Virus record (IMG/VR): IMGVR_UViG_3300005403_000005
Location: 26,308-90,307 of that record
From: a virus
Lineage: Duplodnaviria > Caudoviricetes
Direction: 5' to 3' (one strand)
DNA: 64,000 bases
Shown here: positions 40,514 to 49,480 of the stretch, piece by piece
Layout: the number at the start of each line of letters is the position of its first letter
Numbering within the stretch: position 1 is the first letter of the stretch
Notes under the pieces: model-generated
The model's database searches: none
What the model saw: only the letters and a program-made list of their open reading frames with translations
Told to the model about the DNA's origin: nothing
Made by a program: the position numbers and the translations under genes

Positions 40514-41047
40514 ATGGTTATACAAAATAATAGAATTTTGGTTGTCATAAATGGTCGTGCACGTGCTGGTAAGGATTATTTCGCAAGCAGCGTTGCCGCA
40601 AATTATAATGGCCATTGCGCGGTGATTTCCTCGGTCGATGAAGTGAAGCTCGCTGCCCGTCATCTTGGCTGGGATGGAGTAAAGGATGAGCGTGGGAGGC
40701 AATTCCTTTCCGACCTGAAGGATATGGCAACCCGCGAGTACGATGGTCCCATGAATAATATGGCATTGCGGATTGACAAAATATGTCGCGAGTGGCATTG
40801 GCCCATTATTTTTGTGATGATTCGGGAGCCGGAGGAAATTGCGAAGTTCTGCAAGCGCTTCCCAGATGCCCTGACGCTTCTCGTTCGCAGAGATGGACTT
40901 GAAGAATTCTCCAACCACGCTGACTCAAACGTGGAGAATTACAGCTACGATATCATCGTAGAAAACAATGGCACGTTGGAAGATTTGGTAGATAGTTCAA
41001 GGAGTTTCCTCGATTTGATGCGGCGCAAATTTTCGCCAATCGTATAA
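40514..41047 (+). CDS. P-loop kinase, dNMP-kinase-like
   Basis: VINGRARAGKD, VK..A..LGW...KDE..R.FL..L, IREPEE, NHAD. Confidence 0.65.
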   Translation: MVIQNNRILVVINGRARAGKDYFASSVAANYNGHCAVISSVDEVKLAARHLGWDGVKDERGRQFLSDLKDMATREYDGPMNNMALRIDKICREWHWPIIFVMIREPEEIAKFCKRFPDALTLLVRRDGLEEFSNHADSNVENYSYDIIVENNGTLEDLVDSSRSFLDLMRRKFSPIV

Positions 41048-41098
41048 ATAGGTATATCGTCAGTTTGGCGAGAAGCTTTAGGAAAAGGAGTTATTTAC

Positions 41099-41692
41099 AT
41101 GAGTGGTTTTGAGATGTCCAAAGAGATGAAGATTGTCATGTTCCCTACGGCGAACCTTGAGCTCGCTGACTACAACCCGAGGAGTATCTCGGCATCAGAG
41201 TTGGAGAAGTTGAAGAAGGGGTTGCAGGAATTTGGCTGCGTGCAGCCGGTGCTTGCCAATACCGCAACTGCAATCGTCAAGGGTAACGCAAAGGTTGTTG
41301 GCGGTCATCAGCGACTCACTGCGGCAAGAGCGCTGGGGTGGACGGAAATCCCTACCATCATCATCAGTGAGCCGAGCGAAAAGCGCGAGAAAGCCCTAAA
41401 TCTTGCGCTTAATAGAATCAGTGGCTCGTGGGACTTCGACAAATTGGGGAGCTTGCTCTCTGAGCTGAATGATGGCGATTTCGATGTTGAGCTTGCTGGT
41501 TTCGACGAGATTGAAATCAAGGAGCTTGATGGCATCGATGACAGCATCGCAGAGGGTGCCTTCGGTGGGTTTGAGCCAGCACGCCCCGCTGCCCCGCCCA
41601 CAGAATTCAAGACATTCGACGAGGCAATAGAGACTGACTACTGCTGTCCTAAGTGTGGCTACGCTTGGAGTGGCCGTCCTAGGGGGAATTAG
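41099..41692 (+). CDS. ParB-N-like domain protein with C-terminal Zn ribbon
   Basis: LADYNPR, FG.VQPV, VVGGHQRL, NLALNRISGSWD, CPKCGY. Confidence 0.85.
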   Translation: MSGFEMSKEMKIVMFPTANLELADYNPRSISASELEKLKKGLQEFGCVQPVLANTATAIVKGNAKVVGGHQRLTAARALGWTEIPTIIISEPSEKREKALNLALNRISGSWDFDKLGSLLSELNDGDFDVELAGFDEIEIKELDGIDDSIAEGAFGGFEPARPAAPPTEFKTFDEAIETDYCCPKCGYAWSGRPRGN

Positions 41693-41696
41693 CATC

Positions 41697-42226
41697 ATGG
41701 AAGAGGTGTGGAAAGATATCGATGGGCTTCCGTATAAGGTGAGCAATATGGGAAGGGTAGCCTCTTTTGTGTATCACAAGGATGGCAAATTGCTAAGCCA
41801 AGAAGAAATCGCGATGGTTATCTTTCAGTAGTTTTGTTTCGTGGCGATGGCAGCAATGTTCGCACAACAATGGCTATTGCCAGAATGGTTGCGAAAGCAT
41901 TTTGCGACAACCCCGACAACAAGCCTGAAGTGAACCACAAGGACGGCAATAAACAGAATAATAGCGCCGACAATCTAGAATGGTGTACTCGCGGAGAGAA
42001 TGTTAAGCATGCTTTTGATGCTGGACTACAGCAACCAACATATCATTTCACACCAGAGCAGAATAGAGAGTTTGCCAGAAAGAAGCGGAAGCTCACAGAT
42101 GAGCAGGTTAGGTCTATTCGCCGTGATACTAGGACGCTAAAACAAATTGCGGGAGATTACGGAATGTCATTTTCTAAGATTTCAGATGTTAAGCGCGGAA
42201 ATACTTACAGGGATGTGAGTCCATGA
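41697..42226 (+). pseudogene. NUMOD4-HNH endonuclease, frameshifted
   Basis: MEEVWKDI...YKVSNMGRV...KLL then frame change at about 41795 to KPRRNRDGYL...VNHKDGNKQNN..NLEWC. Confidence 0.8.
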
Positions 42227-42407
42227 ACTACCTCCCTACGCCGAAATTCACGCTTGGCGGCTTCAATAATCTGGTGATGCAACTCCCGATTCCGCAGAAT
42301 AGGGAGCAGGCATCATATCTCAGGCGCTTGGAGCGCTTGGCAAAACGAAAGTAAACAGTAGGCGTACGATATGGTGTTGCGCTGAATTGGAATTGGAGGA
42401 TGGACTG

Positions 42408-42689
42408 ATGGACAAATTGGAACACATAGTAACATGCATCTCCGAGGAGTGCGCCGAGATTTCCCAGATAGCGAGTAAGTCTCTCCGCTTCGGCCTTAAC
42501 GACACATATGAGGAGAAATCCAACATCGAGCGGCTCAATGAGGAAATCAATGACCCGATTGCCGTGATTGAACTTCTGAGCGAGGAGTGCGATGTGGTCA
42601 TCAAAGTGAATGACCGACACATCGAGGAGAAGAAGGCGAAAGTCCTCCGCTACATGCGTTACGCAAGGGAACGCGGGACGCTAGAATGA
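42408..42689 (+). CDS. MazG-like nucleotide pyrophosphohydrolase family protein
   Basis: EECAEISQIASKSLRFG...LNEEIND pattern. Confidence 0.6.
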   Translation: MDKLEHIVTCISEECAEISQIASKSLRFGLNDTYEEKSNIERLNEEINDPIAVIELLSEECDVVIKVNDRHIEEKKAKVLRYMRYARERGTLE

Positions 42690-43882
42690 GCAAGATTGTC
42701 GGTGTTGTGGGGGTGGGAACGAACGTCAGCTACAAACCACGATGGCAGTCGCCACATTTGCCATCCACGACGATACTTGCAAATGGACCCCTGAAGCCGG
42801 GGGATAGCGGGTGGGTGCAGATAGGGGAGTATGACCCGGAAGAGGACAAGAGGATGGCGCAGGAGAGTGGAGTTGTAAAGCCTCCATATACGATACCAAC
42901 GATGGAGGAGATACGTGCGATACCGTGGAATGGATTTAATGTTGTTTCTACGTTTTCTGGCGGTGGAGGTAGTTGCCTTGGGTATCGTATGGCTGGTTTT
43001 AGGGTGCTTTGGGCAAACGAGTTTGTCGAAGCAGCCCAAGACACATACAAGGCGAATCACCCGAATAGCATCCTTGACACGCGGGATATCCGGACGATTA
43101 AACCCGAGGAGATTCTGGCGGCGACGGGACTCAAAGTAGGGGAGCTTGACATCTTCGATGGCTCCCCTCCATGTTCCGCATTCTCCACGGCTGGGAAGCG
43201 CGAGAAGGGTTGGGGGAAGACGAAGAACTATTCTGATGGAAAGGAACAGGTCGTAGATGACCTCTTCTTCGAGTACGTCCGGATACTGAAGGGGCTTCAA
43301 CCCAAGGTGTTCATCGCGGAGAATGTCTCCGGCTTGGTGAAGGGCGCTGCAAAGGGCTACTTCCTGATGATTCTCAAGGCGCTCAAGGATTGCGGCTACT
43401 CCGTAGAGGCGAAGCTCCTCAATGCAGAGTGGCTTGGTGTTCCCCAGACAAGACTGCGGGTTATATTCGTTGGGGTGCGGAATGATTTGGTCGATGAGCG
43501 GGGCGTATCTCCTGTTCATCCTCAACCCTTCCCGTATCGCTACTCTCTCAGGGAGGCAATTGCTGACCTTGAGTGGTATCGTGCCGGGGGCTACTTCGAC
43601 AGATGGAAATCAGCAGATGAGCCCTACGGGACTGTACCCGCAGATGGACATCGACTGCTCTACTCGGCATACATGAGCGCCAATGGCTACGTGATGGATA
43701 AGGCGGGCGATAAGCGGAAGCTGATGATTCCGGAAGTGAAGCGCCTCTGCTCCTTCCCAGATGACTTCATCTTGACTGGAAATGAGGCCCAACAATGGGA
43801 ACGCTGTGGACGCTCAGTGCCGCCACTGATGGCAAGGGAGATTGGCTTGTCTGTGCTCAATGGCATATTGAGGAAACTATGA
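42686..43882 (+). CDS. C5-cytosine DNA methyltransferase homolog, predicted carboxymethyltransferase (CmoX-like)
   Basis: FSGGGG, DGSPPC, ENV, PQTRLR; motif X reads GRSVPP instead of GNSVPP. Confidence 0.85.
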   Translation: MSKIVGVVGVGTNVSYKPRWQSPHLPSTTILANGPLKPGDSGWVQIGEYDPEEDKRMAQESGVVKPPYTIPTMEEIRAIPWNGFNVVSTFSGGGGSCLGYRMAGFRVLWANEFVEAAQDTYKANHPNSILDTRDIRTIKPEEILAATGLKVGELDIFDGSPPCSAFSTAGKREKGWGKTKNYSDGKEQVVDDLFFEYVRILKGLQPKVFIAENVSGLVKGAAKGYFLMILKALKDCGYSVEAKLLNAEWLGVPQTRLRVIFVGVRNDLVDERGVSPVHPQPFPYRYSLREAIADLEWYRAGGYFDRWKSADEPYGTVPADGHRLLYSAYMSANGYVMDKAGDKRKLMIPEVKRLCSFPDDFILTGNEAQQWERCGRSVPPLMAREIGLSVLNGILRKL

Positions 43883-44091
43883 TAATGATAGAAATCAACT
43901 CTTGGATGATTCCGCTGGCAGTCTCCCTCATTACGTCATTCCTCTTGTTTCAAGAGGCCAATAGAGTCTCAAGTTCAGGATTCTTGGGGAATGCCCTTGA
44001 GATGATGTTCGCCATGATAGGCTCGGTTATATTCGGCTTGGTTGTGTGGCTTGTGTGGGCTCTCGGCAAGTTATTGGGATGGTGGATATGA
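43879..44091 (+). CDS. Small membrane protein
   Basis: ATGA overlaps on both sides; two hydrophobic segments. Confidence 0.6.
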   Translation: MIMIEINSWMIPLAVSLITSFLLFQEANRVSSSGFLGNALEMMFAMIGSVIFGLVVWLVWALGKLLGWWI

Positions 44092-44960
44092 TTCAAAGGA
44101 TATACGATAAGTTGAAGTATGAGTATCTGAGAGCCGCCACAAACGGCTCTTCTTTCTTGAAGAGCAATCCGTCTAAGCAATCCCTTGTGTTGAAGTACGC
44201 ACAAGAGGATGTTCCGGAGCTCTTTGTCAATGTCATGGCGGCAAAGCTCTCTGATGGGACTTGTGGAGCCAAGGTCATCCGGGTCGATGAGAAGACTGGG
44301 AATACGACCTCATACACCACTGTCTATAAGCCTGACGGGACTGCGATGATTGTGGAGAGTGCCGACCTGACACGGTTGCGCTGCGGCATGATGGCGGCAC
44401 TCTCCGCAGAGTTCTACCTCGGTCGGTCTGCTCTCAACAGCGAAACGAGGGTGGGCTTCATCGGGAACGGTAGGACGAACATCAAGACTGCACAAGTGTT
44501 CTTTGAACTTTTTGGCATCCGGAAATTCGTCATTTGTGGGCACCCCAGTTTCCCCGCCCGTAATTACGATAAGTTCATCGAGTATGGCAACGTCGAGGTC
44601 GCAAGCAGGGATAATGGTTACGAGCCGCTACGCAAGTGCGATATCGTCATCTCCTGCACAAATACTGTCAGTGAATGCGACATCCTTGAGTATGAACAAC
44701 TCAAGGGACCGAGGCTTTTCATCTCTCAAGATGGGGGCTACATCTTCGGCGAATCCTTCCGCAAGGAATGTGGCACATTCAGCGACCATCCGACACAACT
44801 TCTCCATGCTGCCCCTCACGAATTCCCGTGGGACAAGGGGGAGCTGAGTGTAGTCTTCCCGATTGAGATGCTGGAAAAGCTTCCTGTCTCGGATAAAGTC
44901 CCTGCGGTCTATCTCTATGGCATTGCGCTTGCGGATGTCGTAGTGGCAATTGGGGGTTGA
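44088..44960 (+). CDS. Ornithine cyclodeaminase / mu-crystallin family protein (divergent)
   Basis: LTRLRCGMMAALSA (cf. LTxxRTAAxSA), VGFIGNGRT Rossmann loop, CDIVISCT. Confidence 0.7.
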   Translation: MIQRIYDKLKYEYLRAATNGSSFLKSNPSKQSLVLKYAQEDVPELFVNVMAAKLSDGTCGAKVIRVDEKTGNTTSYTTVYKPDGTAMIVESADLTRLRCGMMAALSAEFYLGRSALNSETRVGFIGNGRTNIKTAQVFFELFGIRKFVICGHPSFPARNYDKFIEYGNVEVASRDNGYEPLRKCDIVISCTNTVSECDILEYEQLKGPRLFISQDGGYIFGESFRKECGTFSDHPTQLLHAAPHEFPWDKGELSVVFPIEMLEKLPVSDKVPAVYLYGIALADVVVAIGG

Positions 44961-44961
44961 G

Positions 44962-45861
44962 ATGGCTTTGAAAGAGATGGTTGCTACAAAGGAAGAGTTG
45001 GCCATATACGAAAGGATGCGCCACTCAATCACGGACTCAGACATTGGAGCTTTCCGCAACCTCTGCCTGAAGCGGATTGAGCAGATTGACCCCAATAGAA
45101 ATGCGGCGCTTGCACTCTCCGGTGGCACGGATAGCGTGACGATACTCTTCTCGATGTTGGCGATGGGGAGGAAGCCTCGGTGTTACACGTTCCATGTCGA
45201 TGGGATTGTCTCCACTGACCTCCTCTCCTCGCGCAACCTGTGCAAGCACTTTGGCCTTGAGCTCGTCGAGCTGACGCTTCCCAGCGACCCTGACGCCATT
45301 GCTGGGGATATCCGGCAGTACATCAACCACTGCCACACGATTAAGAAGACGGTCGTGCAGTGCATGCACCCGTGGCTCTATATCTATCCGGCAATGGCAG
45401 AGCGGGGCGATACGCTCATCCTCAATGGCTTGGGCGGGGATGACCTGTACTGCAATCAGCGCAAGGTGAATGTGGCGCAACAGCAATTCGGCGAGGCGGC
45501 CATCATCCCGTGGCGCAAGGTGTGGTCGGATGATATCAAGTTCAGTGCGGCGAATATCATCCTCTGGGGCGATACGGAATTCGGGATTACCAATACCGAC
45601 TTCTACAAGTTCCCAGAGATGGAAGAGTGGTTCCTTCAGTTCCCGATTCGCTCCCTCCATCGTCCCGTCGAGAAGTATCCCTCCGCAGCCGCCTTCAAGG
45701 AGATGTACGCCAAGGGGAACTTCTACAGGAAGCATGACAGCTACCAGATTAACAGTGGGCTCAAGAAGACCCACGAGAAGCTCCTCGACACGCCGTACAA
45801 TCTGAAGGGGGCGAAGGATATGATTACCATCTACAATGATTTCGCCAATGGGAGGCTGTAA
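44962..45861 (+). CDS. Asparagine-synthase-like PP-loop ATP-dependent amide ligase, no glutaminase domain
   Basis: ALSGGTDS PP-loop; LNGLGGDDLY; about 300 aa. Confidence 0.75.
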   Translation: MALKEMVATKEELAIYERMRHSITDSDIGAFRNLCLKRIEQIDPNRNAALALSGGTDSVTILFSMLAMGRKPRCYTFHVDGIVSTDLLSSRNLCKHFGLELVELTLPSDPDAIAGDIRQYINHCHTIKKTVVQCMHPWLYIYPAMAERGDTLILNGLGGDDLYCNQRKVNVAQQQFGEAAIIPWRKVWSDDIKFSAANIILWGDTEFGITNTDFYKFPEMEEWFLQFPIRSLHRPVEKYPSAAAFKEMYAKGNFYRKHDSYQINSGLKKTHEKLLDTPYNLKGAKDMITIYNDFANGRL

Positions 45862-46634
45862 TGGGTGGCGGAGATATGAGAGTTGATTCTGTGATTCCGG
45901 GCGAGAAGTGGGAGTTCGACGCAGAGGTCACAGCCTGTTTCGACAATATGCTGGAACGCTCGATACCCGATTACCACAATATGCGAGAGATGTGTTTCAA
46001 TGTTGGCTCCCGCTACGTGCAGCCGGGAACCTTCATCATCGATTTGGGCTGTAGCAGGGGCGAAGCGCTTGCGCCATTCGTGGAGCGCTACGGCACCGCA
46101 AATCGCTTTATCGGGGTGGAAGTATCTTCCCCTATGGCTGAAGCTGCAAAAGCTCGCTACGGTCATTTGTGTCACCCTGATGCAAATCCCGTCGTGGATA
46201 TCCAAACCCTTGATTTGCGGCGTGAATATCCCCTTCCGGTCAATCCGATGAATGGCTGGGAGGGGCGGGGCTCTTCGCTCGTCATGAGCATCCTGACGCT
46301 TCAATTCACGCCAATAGAGCATCGCCAGCGGATACTGCTCGACATCTACCGCAACATGGAGTTGGGTGGCGCACTCATCCTGGTCGAGAAGGTTCTTGGC
46401 GCTACGGCGGAGTTGGATTCGCTGATGGTGGATGCGTACTACGAGAAAAAGCGGGCAAATGGCTATTCGCAGGAGGATATCGACCGGAAGCGGCTCTCGC
46501 TCGAAGGTGTCCTCGTCCCGGTCACGGCACATTGGAACGAGGAGCTTCTGCGGGGCGCTGGCTTCCGTCACGTGGATTGCTTCTGGCGAAATCTGAACTT
46601 CGCCGGATGGGTTGCGATTAAGACGAGGGAGTAG
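45861..46634 (+). CDS. cmoA: Carboxy-S-adenosylmethionine synthase (CmoA-like)
   Basis: WEFDAEV..CFDNMLERSIPDY, DLGCSRG, LTLQF, GGALILVEK, GYSQEDIDRKR.SLEGVL, FWR..NF. Confidence 0.9.
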   Translation: MGGGDMRVDSVIPGEKWEFDAEVTACFDNMLERSIPDYHNMREMCFNVGSRYVQPGTFIIDLGCSRGEALAPFVERYGTANRFIGVEVSSPMAEAAKARYGHLCHPDANPVVDIQTLDLRREYPLPVNPMNGWEGRGSSLVMSILTLQFTPIEHRQRILLDIYRNMELGGALILVEKVLGATAELDSLMVDAYYEKKRANGYSQEDIDRKRLSLEGVLVPVTAHWNEELLRGAGFRHVDCFWRNLNFAGWVAIKTRE

Positions 46635-46639
46635 AAGAG

Positions 46640-47188
46640 ATGGCAGAGGAGAAGAGGGAACGCACACTCCCAGTCATTGTCAACGAGAAGACGGGGTGCT
46701 GGGAATTCCAAGGGACGCGCAATCCCAAGGGATATGGCTTGGTGAAGGTGAAGGGTGAGAAATGGCTCGCCCATCGCCTTTCTTATATGCACTACAAGGG
46801 ACCAATCCCGAAGGGGATGCTCGTCTGTCATTCTTGTGATAATCCGCCGTGCGTCAACCCGAATCATCTGTTCCTCGGCTCCAATCGTCTCAACATGATT
46901 GATATGGCGATGAAGGGGCGGGGCGGGAAGAAGAAGGGCGCTACGCACATTCAGTCGAAGTTCATTGACCCAGTGGAGTTCCAGAAAGCGCTTGACGAGC
47001 TGGGGCAGGATTATGATGCGCTGGCAGAGCGTTTCGGCTGTAGCTATGGCTACGTTATCCGCTATCTGCGGGGCGAAACGTGGCAGAAGTTCACACCAAG
47101 CAAACCGATGATTGTGGGGCGACGCAAGAAGCCGATTGGACCACCCACCAAGGATGCAAGTGTTGAAAAAAGCGAGAATCAGTCATAA
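46640..47188 (+). CDS. HNH endonuclease
   Basis: CWEFQG...GYG...AHRLSY...VCHSCDNPPCVNPNHL. Confidence 0.9.
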   Translation: MAEEKRERTLPVIVNEKTGCWEFQGTRNPKGYGLVKVKGEKWLAHRLSYMHYKGPIPKGMLVCHSCDNPPCVNPNHLFLGSNRLNMIDMAMKGRGGKKKGATHIQSKFIDPVEFQKALDELGQDYDALAERFGCSYGYVIRYLRGETWQKFTPSKPMIVGRRKKPIGPPTKDASVEKSENQS

Positions 47189-47193
47189 TTACT

Positions 47194-47222
47194 TTGACTA
47201 AAGTAACTACTTAATGTATAGT
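47194..47222 (+). promoter_or_regulatory. Sigma70-type promoter with conserved spacer motif
   Basis: TTGACT-AAAGTAACTACTTAATG-TATAGT. Confidence 0.75.
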
Positions 47223-47271
47223 GAATCCATCAAGATGATTGATAAAGAGAAATCACGAAAGGAGAGTCAAA

Positions 47272-47718
47272 ATGAAGAATGGCAAGTGGAGAATGTCTGA
47301 AGTAGCGCACGAAGTTCCCGAAGTGGATATGGCTGCAATCAATGCGGCAATCGCCGAAGCGCTCGGCGATACTCCGGATGGGGCTTCTGCTGCACCCGCA
47401 GCCGCAGAGGAGCCGAAGAAGGAAGAGACTCCCAAGAAGGGGAGGGGGTTGAAGCTGAAGGATGTGGGCGCTCCGGCTGCTGCCACTCCGAAAGAGGAGA
47501 AGCCGAAGACGCCGCGTGCTCCCGCACAGAAGGTTCCCGAGCAATCGGGGTTCGGCACTCCTATCATCCGGGCAGCGCACGATAACTGCGCAGTCTGCGG
47601 GAAGATTGTCAAGTGGTATAGCACTACTGATGGTGGTGGCGTAGCGGTCTGGGTCTGCTCCGTGTGTGGGCGCGTAGTGCCGCGCAAGGTGAAGAAGGCT
47701 GCTGCCAAAACTGAATAG
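47272..47718 (+). CDS. Ala/Lys/Pro-rich protein with Zn ribbon
   Basis: CAVC...CSVC; AAGGAG RBS; followed by terminator. Confidence 0.65.
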   Translation: MKNGKWRMSEVAHEVPEVDMAAINAAIAEALGDTPDGASAAPAAAEEPKKEETPKKGRGLKLKDVGAPAAATPKEEKPKTPRAPAQKVPEQSGFGTPIIRAAHDNCAVCGKIVKWYSTTDGGGVAVWVCSVCGRVVPRKVKKAAAKTE

Positions 47719-47724
47719 CTGAGA

Positions 47725-47757
47725 GTGGGGTTGGCTTCGGTCAACCCCACCTTTTTT
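47725..47757 (+). terminator. Intrinsic terminator
   Basis: GTGGGGTTGGC-TTCG-GTCAACCCCAC + T6. Confidence 0.8.
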
Positions 47758-47790
47758 CGTTTCAGCACACAAAACATCACGGAGGGAACA

Positions 47791-48162
47791 ATGAAAGAGA
47801 AGACTAAGAAGATTGAACACGAATCGTATGACATGACGAGCATCTACCGCTCCGAGATGGAGTCCCACGTTGATGCCCTCGGCAAGATTGCCGAACGCTA
47901 CAGCATCCCCTTCATTATGAGCTTTGTCGTGTCTCAGGATTCTGGCGGCGGTGCGCAAGTCCTGACATCACTCTTCATTCCGGGTCGCGAAAGAACTCCT
48001 GACCCCATCATCGCCGCCTCACTCCTGATTGGCAAAGAGGGCTACAATTACATGGTTGTTCCGCGCGATATCGCCAAGAAACTTGCAATGATGGCATCTT
48101 TTGTTGGCAAGCTTGAGGAGCAAAGGGCTGTAGCGGAAGCCAATTGCTCCACCAACCACTAG
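47791..48162 (+). CDS. Hypothetical protein
   Basis: GGAGGG RBS. Confidence 0.55.
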   Translation: MKEKTKKIEHESYDMTSIYRSEMESHVDALGKIAERYSIPFIMSFVVSQDSGGGAQVLTSLFIPGRERTPDPIIAASLLIGKEGYNYMVVPRDIAKKLAMMASFVGKLEEQRAVAEANCSTNH

Positions 48163-48167
48163 GAGGA

Positions 48168-48434
48168 ATGATGACCGACCAAGAGATAATTGACGACATG
48201 CAGAAGCTCTATTTCGAGATTGCCCCCGACCTCTTTGTGGATGATGACGGGAAATTCGACGAGAGCATCACGTTCACGGGGAGTGACCTTCAGAGCATCA
48301 TGGGCGATAAGTGGGCTGGCTGGAACGGGAGGAACTCCAAGGTCTTTGGGGATTTCCTCAATGAGCGCGGCTGGGAGGCTTGGGAGGAAATCAAGCGCAA
48401 GGCATTCCCAGATGCAGAAATCTACGGGTGGTGA
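48168..48434 (+). CDS. Hypothetical protein
   Basis: AGGAGG RBS. Confidence 0.55.
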   Translation: MMTDQEIIDDMQKLYFEIAPDLFVDDDGKFDESITFTGSDLQSIMGDKWAGWNGRNSKVFGDFLNERGWEAWEEIKRKAFPDAEIYGW

Positions 48435-48437
48435 GTC

Positions 48438-48830
48438 ATGAGCGATAAATCATACGTCACATTGGAGCAGATGGTGTGTCAGGTCTGCGGGAAGCAGTAT
48501 GACACGGGAAGCCTCCTCATCGACAAGAGGCTGTGCAAGAAGTTCGAGCATCATACGGTTACTGGATGGGGCTTGTGTGAGGAGCACCAGAAGCTCTTTG
48601 ATGATGGCTTCATCGCGCTGGTGGAGGCTACGGCTCCGGCAGGAGCCAAGATGCTCAAACAGGAGGATGCCAATCGGACAGGGAATATTGCCCATCTGCG
48701 GCGTCCCGCTTTCAATCGGGTCTTCAATACCGAGGCTCCCGTGGGTTTCCCGATGGTCTTTGTGGAGCCGGGAGTGATTGAGAAACTACAAGAAATGACA
48801 GAGAAGGGTGGCAAAAATGAAAATACTTGA
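48438..48830 (+). CDS. Conserved-looking phage hypothetical protein
   Basis: CQVCG...GWGLCEEH; operon continuity. Confidence 0.6.
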   Translation: MSDKSYVTLEQMVCQVCGKQYDTGSLLIDKRLCKKFEHHTVTGWGLCEEHQKLFDDGFIALVEATAPAGAKMLKQEDANRTGNIAHLRRPAFNRVFNTEAPVGFPMVFVEPGVIEKLQEMTEKGGKNENT

Positions 48831-49167
48831 CCAATACTTTGCTTTGCGGAAGGAGATTTTCGACTACTTTGGCTATGTTGAAGATTGGCGAGTGATTCCG
48901 ATTGACGATGCTAGAGAGTATTACTGGCACCTGACCGGGGAGGGCCCCGGCGACGAGGTTAAGTTTGCCAGGGAAGAAAAGAACCTCTTCGATGGAACTA
49001 AGGAGGATGGCTACTCCAACGAAATCTACACCCAGCGGTTCCTGCCGAAGTGGGTTTATCGTGGCAAAGACTACACAATGGTATGTGTAGATACTCACAT
49101 TGATGGCAATAAGTTCTTGCAAATCTTTGATAATGCGAAAGAGCGGCAGGAGGAGAGTGATGGCTGA
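48817..49167 (+). CDS. Hypothetical protein
   Basis: Overlapping operon chain. Confidence 0.55.
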   Translation: MKILDQYFALRKEIFDYFGYVEDWRVIPIDDAREYYWHLTGEGPGDEVKFAREEKNLFDGTKEDGYSNEIYTQRFLPKWVYRGKDYTMVCVDTHIDGNKFLQIFDNAKERQEESDG

Positions 49168-49480
49168 GAAGACGACCGACCTCAAGCAACTTGCAAAGGA
49201 TATCCATCGCAATGCGGTCTTCGGGTCGTGGCAGATTCAGAAGGGGGATGAAGCATTGCTGAGAGCCATCTTCATGCCCCTCGTATTCATAGCAGAGGAG
49301 GATGCGAAGAAGATGGTGGATGATGAAGTCATCCATGTCTACGAGTATTACGATGCCGCTCTTCCCGAAGCCATCAATGGCTATCCAATATTCGCCTCAC
49401 TCCGGATGCTGACTAAGGCTCAGTGGGATGAGCTTGTCCCGCTGGTGAAGAGGCTCGAAGAAATGGAGGCATCCCTGTGA
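49160..49480 (+). CDS. Hypothetical protein
   Basis: GGAGGAG RBS. Confidence 0.55.
   Translation: MAEKTTDLKQLAKDIHRNAVFGSWQIQKGDEALLRAIFMPLVFIAEEDAKKMVDDEVIHVYEYYDAALPEAINGYPIFASLRMLTKAQWDELVPLVKRLEEMEASL

Noticed and set aside
45861-46634. cmoA as a plain tRNA wobble-modification gene
   Set aside because: No cmoB in the window; operonic context with an Arg-variant C5-MTase favours DNA modification.
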